From: Limnothrix sp. BL-A-16
GTDB taxonomy: Bacteria > Cyanobacteriota > Cyanobacteriia > CACIAM-69d
DNA length: 64,000 bases
Assembly: GCA_041937175.2 (NCBI GenBank)
Contig: CP166615.1
Coordinates: forward strand, 4,320,001 to 4,384,000
Reading direction: 5' to 3'
Shown here: positions 1 to 8,433 of the stretch, piece by piece
Position numbering within the stretch: the stretch's first letter is position 1
Layout: each line of letters starts with the position of its first letter
Notes under the pieces: model-generated
Database searches by the model: none
Seen by the model: the letters and a program-made list of their open reading frames with translations, nothing else
Told to the model about the DNA's origin: nothing
Position numbers and translations under genes: made by a program

Positions 1-460
1 CTCACAGGACAAAACCGTTCTGAACGAATTGGGAATGATCGTCAGGAATGAATGGTTACGAAGTTTTGAAATTCGGGATGAATTAAAGCCGGATGCTTGG
101 GTGATCATGCCCAATCACTTCCATGGGTTGTTGTGGTTTGATCGCCCGATCGTGCAGATACAATCACCGAGTAATGAGAGCGAACCGGTTGATGACAGTA
201 TGCTGGGCAAAAGTCAGTTGAGGCGGCCGCCGCGATCGCTGGGATCTGTAATTGCCGGTTTCAAAGCAGTGACCACCAAACGCATCAACCAACATCGGAA
301 CGCTCCAGGCACACCGGTTTGGCAGCGAAACTATTATGAGTCGATCGTGCGGGACGATCGAATGCTGAACCATATTCGGGACTATATTGAAAACAATCCA
401 CGATCGTGGTCAACCGATTCCCTACACCCCAATAATATTCCCAGAAATCATCCCCCGTAG
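1..460 (+). mobile_element. REP-associated tyrosine transposase (RAYT, IS200/Y1 HUH superfamily), 5'-truncated by the window edge
   Basis: HUH motif WVIMPNHFHGLL, SLGSVIAGFK, WQRNYYESIVRD and YIENNP with the catalytic Tyr; a GTAG-type REP pair directly follows the stop codon. Confidence 0.88.
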
Positions 461-564
461 GGGCGTACCGCCGTACGCCCTCCGCCAGAGGTGATCGATT
501 CAAACGATAATTCTTGGATTTCGGGATCTTGCGTATCGGAGGGCGCATCGCCATGCGCCCCTAC
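457..564. repeat. Inverted pair of GTAG-family REP palindromes (REPIN-like doublet)
   Basis: GTAGGGGCGTACCGCCGTACGCCCTCCG at 457-484; reverse complement of 537-564 is GTAGGGGCGCATGGCGATGCGCCCTCCG; each has an internal GGGCG..CGCCC hairpin. Confidence 0.88.
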
Positions 565-629
565 GAAAATTGTGGTTTTTGGATCGTTATCATGAAGTCA
601 TTAACTTGACCATAACTGATCTCTGGACC

Positions 630-962
630 ATGCCAAAAATCTTGTTTGTTTGTGCGCAAAATAAGCTGAGAAGTCCAACTGCTGAAGCAATTTTTTCGAG
701 ATTTGATCAGTTAGATTGTTTGTCGGCGGGAATTCACCAATCAGCGAACAATCCACTCGATCGGGAGCTGATTGCATGGGCAGACGTGATCTTTGTGATG
801 GAGACGAAACATAAAACCAAAATTCAACAGCGATTTCGCTCGTCTCTCAATGGCAAAAGAATCATATCGCTAGACATCCCAGATCAATTCCAATATATGG
901 ATCCAGCACTGATTGCACTGCTTGAGAAGCGCGTTGGGCCACATATTCAGAGGTTTCTCTAA
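630..962 (+). CDS. Low-molecular-weight phosphotyrosine protein phosphatase-like protein
   Basis: P-loop LFVCAQNKLRSPTAE (CX5R), WADVIFVME and LDIPD; ATG at 630 preferred. Confidence 0.85.
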   Translation: MPKILFVCAQNKLRSPTAEAIFSRFDQLDCLSAGIHQSANNPLDRELIAWADVIFVMETKHKTKIQQRFRSSLNGKRIISLDIPDQFQYMDPALIALLEKRVGPHIQRFL

Positions 963-1034
963 GGTTGTGAACGATCGAATGCTGCGAACTAGGATTAATT
1001 GCGTTTGATCGATGTGATGGTGGAGTCTGTTGAA

Positions 1035-1625
1035 TTATTCTGAAAATTCCACTTTGTCGTATAAGTCGGCTAGGGCAATTTCTAGGGCGATCGACTCCAA
1101 TTGCAAGCTAGCTTCTAACCCGATCGCATCATTTAATAACCAGCCTCGATCGCGTTTTACGTAATGGGCAACCTGCGGCCGAGTTTGCGAAATCGCCAAA
1201 TATTCCCCAAAGCCAGGAATCGTGCGATAGGACATAAACTTATCGCCAATGTCGTAGTCTTCAGTTGATTTCGACAGCACCTCCGCCAACAGAATCGGAT
1301 TCATCACGGTATCTTTGCGACCCGGTTTCAACTCCAAGGGATCGCGCGTCACCATCACATCGGGATAGGTGTAACGATCGACCTCGGGAATCCACAACCG
1401 TTGATCTGCTACAAAAGCTCGGTAAGGCTGACGACGCAGCGCAAATGTCAAAATGGCGATTAAATTAGCTGAAATTTGGTTATGAGTTGGTGTGCCGCCG
1501 GCCATGGGAGTGATGATTCCTTGATCGTAATCGTGACGTTGTTCGGAGCGAGTGTCTAGTGCAAAATAGTCATCCTCCGTTTGCTTGGGCAGACTAGAAA
1601 TAGGCTGAACGGGTGTAGCAACCAT
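1035..1625 (-). CDS. Uma2 family (PD-(D/E)XK) endonuclease
   Basis: MAGGTPTHN, YPDVMV, AEVLSKSTEDYDIGDKF, YR.IP..EY motifs. Confidence 0.9.
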   Translation of the reverse strand: MVATPVQPISSLPKQTEDDYFALDTRSEQRHDYDQGIITPMAGGTPTHNQISANLIAILTFALRRQPYRAFVADQRLWIPEVDRYTYPDVMVTRDPLELKPGRKDTVMNPILLAEVLSKSTEDYDIGDKFMSYRTIPGFGEYLAISQTRPQVAHYVKRDRGWLLNDAIGLEASLQLESIALEIALADLYDKVEFSE

Positions 1626-1672
1626 CGTGAATTACTCCAAAAAAATGGTAATTAACTACTGCATCTTGGGCC

Positions 1673-1753
1673 GGTTGGGTTGAGGCACGAAACCCAACAG
1701 AATATCTATGTGGCATTGATCAAGTTGGGTTTCGCAAGCTCTATCCAACCTAC
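1673..1753. repeat. Second REP-family inverted doublet (GTAGGTTGGGTTGAG..GAAACCCAAC type)
   Basis: GGTTGGGTTGAGGCACGAAACCCAAC at 1673-1698; reverse complement of 1724-1753 is GTAGGTTGGATAGAGCTTGCGAAACCCAAC. Confidence 0.75.
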
Positions 1754-1880
1754 TGAAAAGTCTTTAAGTTGAGTCAATAATTCAGAATAGACATGACGAT
1801 CGCCCCAAGGGGAATAAAACAACTATTGCTATTGTCGCGATTTTGATGGGAGCGGAGCAAGTTGATCGCCCCCTGCGCTC

Positions 1881-4346
1881 CTACAAAAAATTCAGGGGAT
1901 CAACATCGATCGTGAGGCTGACACCGGGTAAGCAAGCCGATCGCACTTCCAGCAAATTGGCCGGGCGATCGCCCTCGGGGGGAATGCGGATCAGCAGTTG
2001 CCAGCGAAATCGATTGGCAATTCGCCCCACTTGCGCCCGCTCTGGCCCCAACAGATCGAAGGCGCGATCGCCCCGGGCCGTTTCCAATAGCGCCGCCACC
2101 TGCTCGGCACTGCGCCCCACCGCCGCCTCATCGGGGCCACTCAGCCGCAACAAGATCAGTTGTCCTACGGGCGGATAGTTGAGCGCCGCCCGCATCTCCC
2201 GTTCCTGCTCCAAAAAGCGGGGATAGTCGTAATTGGCCACTGCGCCGATCGCCGGGTGTTCAGGGCTGTAGGTTTGCAAAATCACCCGCCCCGGTTCCTC
2301 ACCGCGCCCGGCCCGCCCCGCCACCTGCAACAGGGTTTGCACCGCCCGCTCGCCGGCCCGCACATCGGACAGATTCAGTAACCCATCGGCGGCGATCGCT
2401 CCCACCAGTGTCACCTGCGGCAGATCAATCCCCTTGGTCAGCATTTGCGTTCCCACCAGCAAATCCGCCTCGCCTCGGGCAAAGCGATCGAGCAAAATCC
2501 GGTGGGCATCCTTGGTGCGGGTCGTGTCGCTGTCGTAGCGCAAAATTCGCAGGTCGGGCCATTGCCGCTCCAGTTCCCGCACCACCCGCTGCGTGCCGCT
2601 GCCGAAATGCTTCAGGTAGGGCGACCCACAGGCGGGACAGGCGGGCGGGTGCAGTTGCCCAAAGCCGCAAAAGTGGCAGCGCAGCAGGGGTTGCGCCGTT
2701 TCCCGTTGGTGGTGAAACGACAGGGACACATCGCAATGGGGGCACATCATCACATGGCCACAACTGCGACAGGAGACGAAGGTGCTGTGGCCCCGCCGTT
2801 GCACAAATAGGATTCCTTGGCGGCCGGCGGCGATCGCCTCATCGATCGCCCCTTGGAGCGATCGGCTAAAGATCGATCGATTGCCGTCCCGCAACTCCTG
2901 GCGCATATCCACCACCTCGACCGGCGGCAGGGGGCGACCATGCACCCGATCGGGCAGGGAGACATAGACTGATTGGCTCGTCCAGGTTTCCAACGACGGC
3001 GTGGCCGACCCCAACACCAACGGGCAACCCACCAAGCGCGATCGCCACTGGGCTACCTGTCTGGCGTGGTAGCAGGGCGTTGGGGAATCTTGCTTGAAGC
3101 TGGGATCATGCTCCTCATCGAGCAACATCAGACCCAAATTCGGCAGGGGCGCAAACACAGCCGATCGCGTGCCAATCACCACTTGGGGCGTGCCGTCGAG
3201 CATTTTGCGCCAAGTGTCGTAGCGCTCCCCGTCCGAGAGGCCGCTGTGGTAAACGCAAACCTGGGAGCCGAACCGCGCCCGGAAGCGATCGGTTAGCTGC
3301 GGCGTGAGGCCAATTTCCGGCACCAGCACCAATGCTGACTGACCCCGCGCCAACACCGGGGCGATCGCCTGGAGATACACCTCCGTTTTGCCGGAACCCG
3401 TCACCCCATGCAGCAGGGCTGTTTGGCCCGATTCCAAACCGTGGATCGTTTCCAGGGCGGTGGCTTGGGCCGGGGTCAGGATTTTGGGGCGATCGCGTTG
3501 GCCCGAGTCGTGCTGGTCGCCGCGCAAAATTTCCCGCGCCTCCAAAATTAGCCAGCCCTTTTCTTCGAGCGATCGCAAGGTGCCACTGCTGGTGCGCCCC
3601 AGGGCGATCAACTCCTGAGCTAGCAACTCCCCACCGCGCCGCTGCAAAATTCCGATGATTTCCCGTTGGCGCGGGGTTAGCGGTTCCCCTTCGCCAATCA
3701 AGATCGCCATCTGTTGGCGCTTGGGTTTCGGGGCGCTGGGCGATTCCAAATAGCTGACCAGCCAGCCGCGCCGCACCAAGTCCCGCAAGCCCCGATCTCC
3801 CCCGGGAAATTTCTGTTGCAGAAAGCGCCAACTGTAATCGCGTCCCGACTGCGATCGCAGCCATTGCCACAACCGCAGAGCGATCGGACTCAGCAGGGTT
3901 TCCGCCACGCCTGCCGCCGCCGTGGCCGGTAGCGGGTCTGCCAGCCGCACCCGCCGCGATGCCCGCCCCAACACCCCCGGCGGCAGGGCCACCCGCGCCA
4001 CCTGGATCAGCGACGCGCAATAGTAATCGGCGACCTGCGCCAACAGTTGCCAATAGTCGGGGGAAAACAGACCGCTGGCGACGACTCCTTCGACTTCCCG
4101 CAACCGATCGGGATCGATTCCCTCGGGCAACTGCTCCCAACAACGCAGGGCGATCGCCCCAACCGATCGCCCACCAAAGGGCACGGTCAGCACGTCCCCG
4201 GGCCCGATCGCCTGGTCTGCCCCGATCGTGTAGGTGTAGGCCTCGGTCACGCCGGGACAGTCCACCAACACTTCCACATAGCCCGTCGCGGCCCAGACCG
4301 GCGCGATCGGCGTTTTTCGTAATTCGGTTTCGAGCATTCGCCTCAC
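1881..4346 (-). CDS. priA: Primosomal protein N' (replication restart helicase)
   Basis: LHGVTGSGKTEVY, VLVPEIGLTPQ, DEEHD, four CxxC Zn motifs, GTQMLTKGIDLP, QVAGRAGR; exact start uncertain. Confidence 0.97.
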   Translation of the reverse strand: MRRMLETELRKTPIAPVWAATGYVEVLVDCPGVTEAYTYTIGADQAIGPGDVLTVPFGGRSVGAIALRCWEQLPEGIDPDRLREVEGVVASGLFSPDYWQLLAQVADYYCASLIQVARVALPPGVLGRASRRVRLADPLPATAAAGVAETLLSPIALRLWQWLRSQSGRDYSWRFLQQKFPGGDRGLRDLVRRGWLVSYLESPSAPKPKRQQMAILIGEGEPLTPRQREIIGILQRRGGELLAQELIALGRTSSGTLRSLEEKGWLILEAREILRGDQHDSGQRDRPKILTPAQATALETIHGLESGQTALLHGVTGSGKTEVYLQAIAPVLARGQSALVLVPEIGLTPQLTDRFRARFGSQVCVYHSGLSDGERYDTWRKMLDGTPQVVIGTRSAVFAPLPNLGLMLLDEEHDPSFKQDSPTPCYHARQVAQWRSRLVGCPLVLGSATPSLETWTSQSVYVSLPDRVHGRPLPPVEVVDMRQELRDGNRSIFSRSLQGAIDEAIAAGRQGILFVQRRGHSTFVSCRSCGHVMMCPHCDVSLSFHHQRETAQPLLRCHFCGFGQLHPPACPACGSPYLKHFGSGTQRVVRELERQWPDLRILRYDSDTTRTKDAHRILLDRFARGEADLLVGTQMLTKGIDLPQVTLVGAIAADGLLNLSDVRAGERAVQTLLQVAGRAGRGEEPGRVILQTYSPEHPAIGAVANYDYPRFLEQEREMRAALNYPPVGQLILLRLSGPDEAAVGRSAEQVAALLETARGDRAFDLLGPERAQVGRIANRFRWQLLIRIPPEGDRPANLLEVRSACLPGVSLTIDVDPLNFL

Positions 4347-4434
4347 CGCTCGATCGAACCCCTACCCTACTCGATCGACGAGACCAGCAAAAGTTATGCA
4401 GCCCGAGTCCCTTTTGTTTTGGAGGGTAAACATT

Positions 4435-4884
4435 TTAGGATTCAATTACATCCTCAGTTGGTGGATGCCAGCCACCCTGAATCCATAGTCGGCGAGCATT
4501 CACAATCGCACCCTCATTATGAGTCTGATCATTCAGATCCAGGCGATCGCAAGTTGCACGTCCAGTTGGCGTTTTACCTTGAATCACTAATCCCCCATCT
4601 TGCCAAGCAAAATGATCATTCCACTGCTGTGATCGAGGGTTAAATAACGCAACTGAAGCCTGAGATTGTGGATCGAAGCCTTCTGTAAAGTTATAGCGGT
4701 AGCCATTACAGCGTTGGCAAGCTAATGCCAAATTCTCTAGGTCGTCTGCTCCTCCACGAGATCGCAGATTAATGTGATCAATTTCAAATCGAGCCGCACT
4801 AGCTTCTTCTAAAGAATGGCAATACTCGCATAAATATTTGGCTCGCTCTCGAACCTTTTGCCGAATCTCTTTTGAAATTGCCAT
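4435..4884 (-). CDS. HNH endonuclease
   Basis: VRERAKYLCEYC, FEIDHI..RSRGG, NLALACQRCN, LFNPR..W..HF. Confidence 0.9.
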   Translation of the reverse strand: MAISKEIRQKVRERAKYLCEYCHSLEEASAARFEIDHINLRSRGGADDLENLALACQRCNGYRYNFTEGFDPQSQASVALFNPRSQQWNDHFAWQDGGLVIQGKTPTGRATCDRLDLNDQTHNEGAIVNARRLWIQGGWHPPTEDVIES

Positions 4885-4887
4885 ACC

Positions 4888-5130
4888 CTAAGCAGACTCA
4901 GCAATGATCTTGGCATTGAGTAGTGTAAAGATACGATCTAACTCTAAAATTCCAGCCAATTCAACTGTTTCATCAGATGTTAATAATCCTTCTCGCTGTT
5001 TTTCATTAAGATTTTCCAGACGCTCTTGTAAATATTCGCTGAACTTGAATAAAAATAATCCTCGAACTGACTGAATCTGAATACCAGAATCAATGAAGGA
5101 TGATGGTTTAGTCATTAATTGAGCGTTCAT
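4888..5130 (-). CDS. Small hypothetical protein co-oriented with the HNH gene (possible antitoxin or partner)
   Basis: About 80 aa, predicted helical (QERLENLNEKQREGLLTSDE..EL); ends 3 bp before the HNH start. Confidence 0.7.
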   Translation of the reverse strand: MNAQLMTKPSSFIDSGIQIQSVRGLFLFKFSEYLQERLENLNEKQREGLLTSDETVELAGILELDRIFTLLNAKIIAESA

Positions 5131-5349
5131 GGCATGATCCAAAAATTAATCTATGGACTAATGAAAACCCTTTGACAGCCTGGCCTGATTCCAAAGGCTG
5201 ATACAGAGATGTTTCTATGATAGCAAAGCTTTAAAATTGTCAGATGTCAGGTAGATAAAATACAGCTAGCTAGGAATTAACTGCGATCGCCCTCAATAGC
5301 CTCTTCAGTATGCTTCAGTCTGTTTGTAATCCAGAATCCAAGGGAGGTA

Positions 5350-5970
5350 ATGATTCCAATGGCTTACAGTGAATTTACCCTGGATCGGATTATTGAGAAT
5401 TTTGGTATTGACCTGATCGAAAGCCAGGACTATTTTGCAAATCTCCCCGCTGTCACCCCTCCCGACTGGCTGGCGCAATTTCTGCAAATCAACACCCCGA
5501 TCGCAGTTGCCATCAATACCGAAAAGGCTCGATCAGAAATGATTATTGCGCCGATTTTGTTGGCACTGAAGCATTGGTTTAATGATCAAATTAGTTTGTT
5601 TTCCGGCAATGAATTCAATGTGGATTTTGAATTGGGATTGACCGGGCGAGTTGACTTTTTGATCAGTCAATCTTCTGAGCAACTGTGGATTAAAGCGCCC
5701 GTCCTGACTATTGTGGAAGCCAAAAACGAAAACCTGAATGCTGGGTTGGGCCAATGCATTGCGGAGTTGATTGCAGCCGATCGCTTTAATCGGCAACGAG
5801 GTAATCTGCAATCGCCCCTCTATGGTTTGGTTACAACCGGTTCCTTGTGGAAGTTTCTGGAATTTCGGGGTGATCAAGCGCTGATTGATTTGCGGGAATA
5901 CGCGATCGAACCGCTCGATCGGCTCTTTGGCATCCTGGTTAGTTGCGTGGAAGCGAAATCGCAGGATTAA
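5350..5970 (+). CDS. Hypothetical PD-(D/E)XK-fold protein (HsdR N-terminal-like)
   Basis: TEKARSEMIIAPIL, GRVDFL, IVEAK, GLGQCIAELIAA, YGLVTTGSLWKF; paralog at 38272-38895. Confidence 0.75.
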   Translation: MIPMAYSEFTLDRIIENFGIDLIESQDYFANLPAVTPPDWLAQFLQINTPIAVAINTEKARSEMIIAPILLALKHWFNDQISLFSGNEFNVDFELGLTGRVDFLISQSSEQLWIKAPVLTIVEAKNENLNAGLGQCIAELIAADRFNRQRGNLQSPLYGLVTTGSLWKFLEFRGDQALIDLREYAIEPLDRLFGILVSCVEAKSQD

Positions 5971-6288
5971 TTAAATAACGAATTCATTAACTGTTCAGTG
6001 GGCAGTTTCAATCAGCATCTTTGGCAAAACTGGCAATCGATCAACCCTGACGCAAACCGATCGAGCTGTTAGTTCCCAACGCCTCGATCGAGCTTCCAGG
6101 GCAGCGCTGGCCGAGCGGCTCGATCGAATCGCTATCGGACTCATGATCAAAAGCAATCGATTTCCCGCCCGATCGAACGCCTGTGGTTGAAACGGGCGTA
6201 GTAAGATTGCCTAGGGTCATCGACCAGCCCGTAATGGTTTGGGGTCGATCGCTCTAGTCCAGCATTCCGCGCGATCGCGCAAACGCTT

Positions 6289-6762
6289 ATGGTAGCCCTG
6301 CAAGATAGTGTCTTCTCGCTTTTCGCAGACGGTAAGCGCCTGGTGCGCGATCTCGAAACCCACGGCGCTTTAGCCTTCTATGCGCCCTTGGAAGGGGGCT
6401 ACGAAGGTCGCTATATTCGCCGCATCCGAGCCAATGGTTACACCGCCGTGAAACTGACGGCGCGTGGCTTAGGCGACCCGAATACTTACTTGACTGGGGT
6501 GCATGGGGTTCGTCCCGCCCACTTGGGCAAGAGAGACATTCAGACGTATTTCATTCCGCCCATCATTGAAACGCAGCTTACGGGCCTGTCGCCCCGCTCC
6601 AAGGGCTTGCTGATTTGGATTCTGGAAGGGTTTGTGCTCTCGCGCCAGGAAATTGAGTTTCTTTGCGCTCTGCCGAAGCTGGATCCCCGCGTGAAGGTGG
6701 TGGTGGAAATGGGGGGCGATCGGGCCCTGCGTTGGATGCCCCTGAAAAACACGCCTGTGTAG
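6289..6762 (+). CDS. ndhN: NAD(P)H-quinone oxidoreductase (NDH-1) subunit N
   Basis: GALAFYAPLEGGYEGRYIRRIRANGY, ARGLGDP..YLTGVHGVRPAHLGK, VVVEMGGDR. Confidence 0.96.
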   Translation: MVALQDSVFSLFADGKRLVRDLETHGALAFYAPLEGGYEGRYIRRIRANGYTAVKLTARGLGDPNTYLTGVHGVRPAHLGKRDIQTYFIPPIIETQLTGLSPRSKGLLIWILEGFVLSRQEIEFLCALPKLDPRVKVVVEMGGDRALRWMPLKNTPV

Positions 6763-6835
6763 CACCCGGGTGGATTAGGCGATCGCCTCGGGCCCGCCAT
6801 CCTCAACCAAAATCAGAAAGCATCCAAAATAACCA

Positions 6836-6867
6836 AAAACCAGCGGCCGTTTCTGGCTGCTGGTTTT
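6836..6867. terminator. Probable bidirectional intrinsic terminator between convergent ndhN and ndhQ
   Basis: AAAACCAGCGGCC-GTTTCT-GGCTGCTGGTTTT hairpin with A and T tails. Confidence 0.7.
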
Positions 6868-6904
6868 GTGTTGTATGGGCTGATAGTTCTAGGGCTAGGT
6901 GGTG

Positions 6905-7045
6905 CTAGCTCAGGCTGTAGGCGGATTGTAGCGCCCAAACAATCAGGGCTACGATGCCGCCCAGGATGAAGGTGGCAGAGAGAGCGATCGCCACGGGGCT
7001 ATCGGCTCCCTTGAATTTCATAATGCCGCGATCGAGGTCTGACAT
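6905..7045 (-). CDS. ndhQ: NDH-1L small single-TM subunit Q (46 aa)
   Basis: MSDLDRGIMKFKGADSPVAIALSATFILGGIVALIVWALQSAY matches my recollection of the NdhQ pattern RGIMKFxGADSP-TM-WALxxAY; the upstream extension in the ORF track is probably not real. Confidence 0.85.
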   Translation of the reverse strand: MSDLDRGIMKFKGADSPVAIALSATFILGGIVALIVWALQSAYSLS

Positions 7046-7416
7046 GATCTTGTGGGGGTTGCGAAAGAGTTGCGAAAGATTGAAGTAGCTCGCCCGGGGA
7101 GATCGGCCGGTGACAAAATCGAGGAGTTGCGGGCCCCGGCGAGGGGACGGGCGCTCGATCGCTCGGTCGATCGCTGCTGAATGGGGGCTAGGAGCCAAAC
7201 GAAATCGTAAAAATTTCCGGTACTGATTTTAGCGAGTCCGGACAGAAAACGGCCGCCTAATTCAGCAGCGGGGTGGGACTATTCTGCTTTGATGACATGT
7301 CTATAGTCCGATTTGATGACTTGCTTGCAGTCCTCGATCGTCCCCGGTTTGAGGTGAATGGGGTGGGCGATCGATGCTCGGAGGATGCGAAGAAACCGGG
7401 GGATCGGGGGTGATCC

Positions 7417-8409
7417 ATGAATTGGGGATCGTGGTTATCGGCTGAGGAGTTGAGGATGGTTTTGGCACAGTGGCTCCTGTGGGGATGCTTCGGGGCGATC
7501 GCCCTATTCGCAATTGGGGAAGGGGTTTTGCGGTGGGGGTTTGGTTTTGGCCACCCACCGCTGTATGTGGCTGATCCCCACACGGGGTATCGCCTGAAGC
7601 CCGATCGGCAAATTCGGCGCTTTGGCAACCGGATTACGGTGAATGCTTATTCCATGCGCGGCCCGGCCCTGCGAGAGGGAACCACGCGGGTGTTGCTGTT
7701 GGGGGACTCCATCGCCAATGGGGGCTGGTGGACGGATGATGGGGCCACCATGGGGGCCCTGTTGGAGCGGGGCCTGATGCAACGATTGCCAGCCCAAGTG
7801 CGCGATCGCCCGATCGAGGTTTTAAATGCCTCGGCCAATTCCTGGGGCCCGCGCAATGAGTTGGGCTATCTCCAAAGCTTTGGCACGTTTTCGGCGCAGG
7901 TGGTGGTGCTGCTGCTAAATACCGATGATTTGTTTGCGATGGCTCCCTCCTCATTGCCGGTGGGCCTGGATCCCAACTATCCCGATCGGGAACCGCCCTT
8001 GGCTTGGCTGGAACTGTGGCAGCGGGTGCGGCCGCCCCAAATGCCACCTCAATTGCAAAATCGCCCCCCGGAACCGGGCGATCGGGTGGGAATTAATTTG
8101 GCCGCGATCGCCCAAATTCGTGACCTCGCCCAAGAAAATCAGGCGGATTTTTTGGTGGCAATGACACCCCTGGTAAGGGAGGTGGCGGGCCAAGGGCGTG
8201 ACTACGAGGCCAAGGCCCGCGATCGGCTGGTGGCGTTTGCCCGCCAGGAGGGCATTGAACTGCTGGATTTTTTACCGGATTGGCGGCTGGCTAACCGATC
8301 GGGACTATTCCGCGACTCCATTCACCTCTCGGAGCTGGGCAACGGGTTGGTGAGCCAGGCGATCGTGGATCGGGTGGCCAGTTTGCTCACCCTCTCCCGA
8401 TCGCGCTAG
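7417..8409 (+). CDS. SGNH/GDSL hydrolase family protein with N-terminal membrane anchor
   Basis: LLLGDSI block I, VLNASANSWG, DSIHLS block V; start may be 7456. Confidence 0.85.
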   Translation: MNWGSWLSAEELRMVLAQWLLWGCFGAIALFAIGEGVLRWGFGFGHPPLYVADPHTGYRLKPDRQIRRFGNRITVNAYSMRGPALREGTTRVLLLGDSIANGGWWTDDGATMGALLERGLMQRLPAQVRDRPIEVLNASANSWGPRNELGYLQSFGTFSAQVVVLLLNTDDLFAMAPSSLPVGLDPNYPDREPPLAWLELWQRVRPPQMPPQLQNRPPEPGDRVGINLAAIAQIRDLAQENQADFLVAMTPLVREVAGQGRDYEAKARDRLVAFARQEGIELLDFLPDWRLANRSGLFRDSIHLSELGNGLVSQAIVDRVASLLTLSRSR

Positions 8410-8433
8410 GCCGCGGGTGGGTAGTCCTGATCT

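Noticed and set aside
3115..4143. Long alternative-frame ORFs (e.g. 342 aa in priA, 306 aa opposite pheT, 384 aa opposite rbsK, 285 aa opposite the HtrA gene)
   Set aside because: Shadow ORFs expected in GC-rich coding DNA; Arg/Gly/Pro-rich with no motifs
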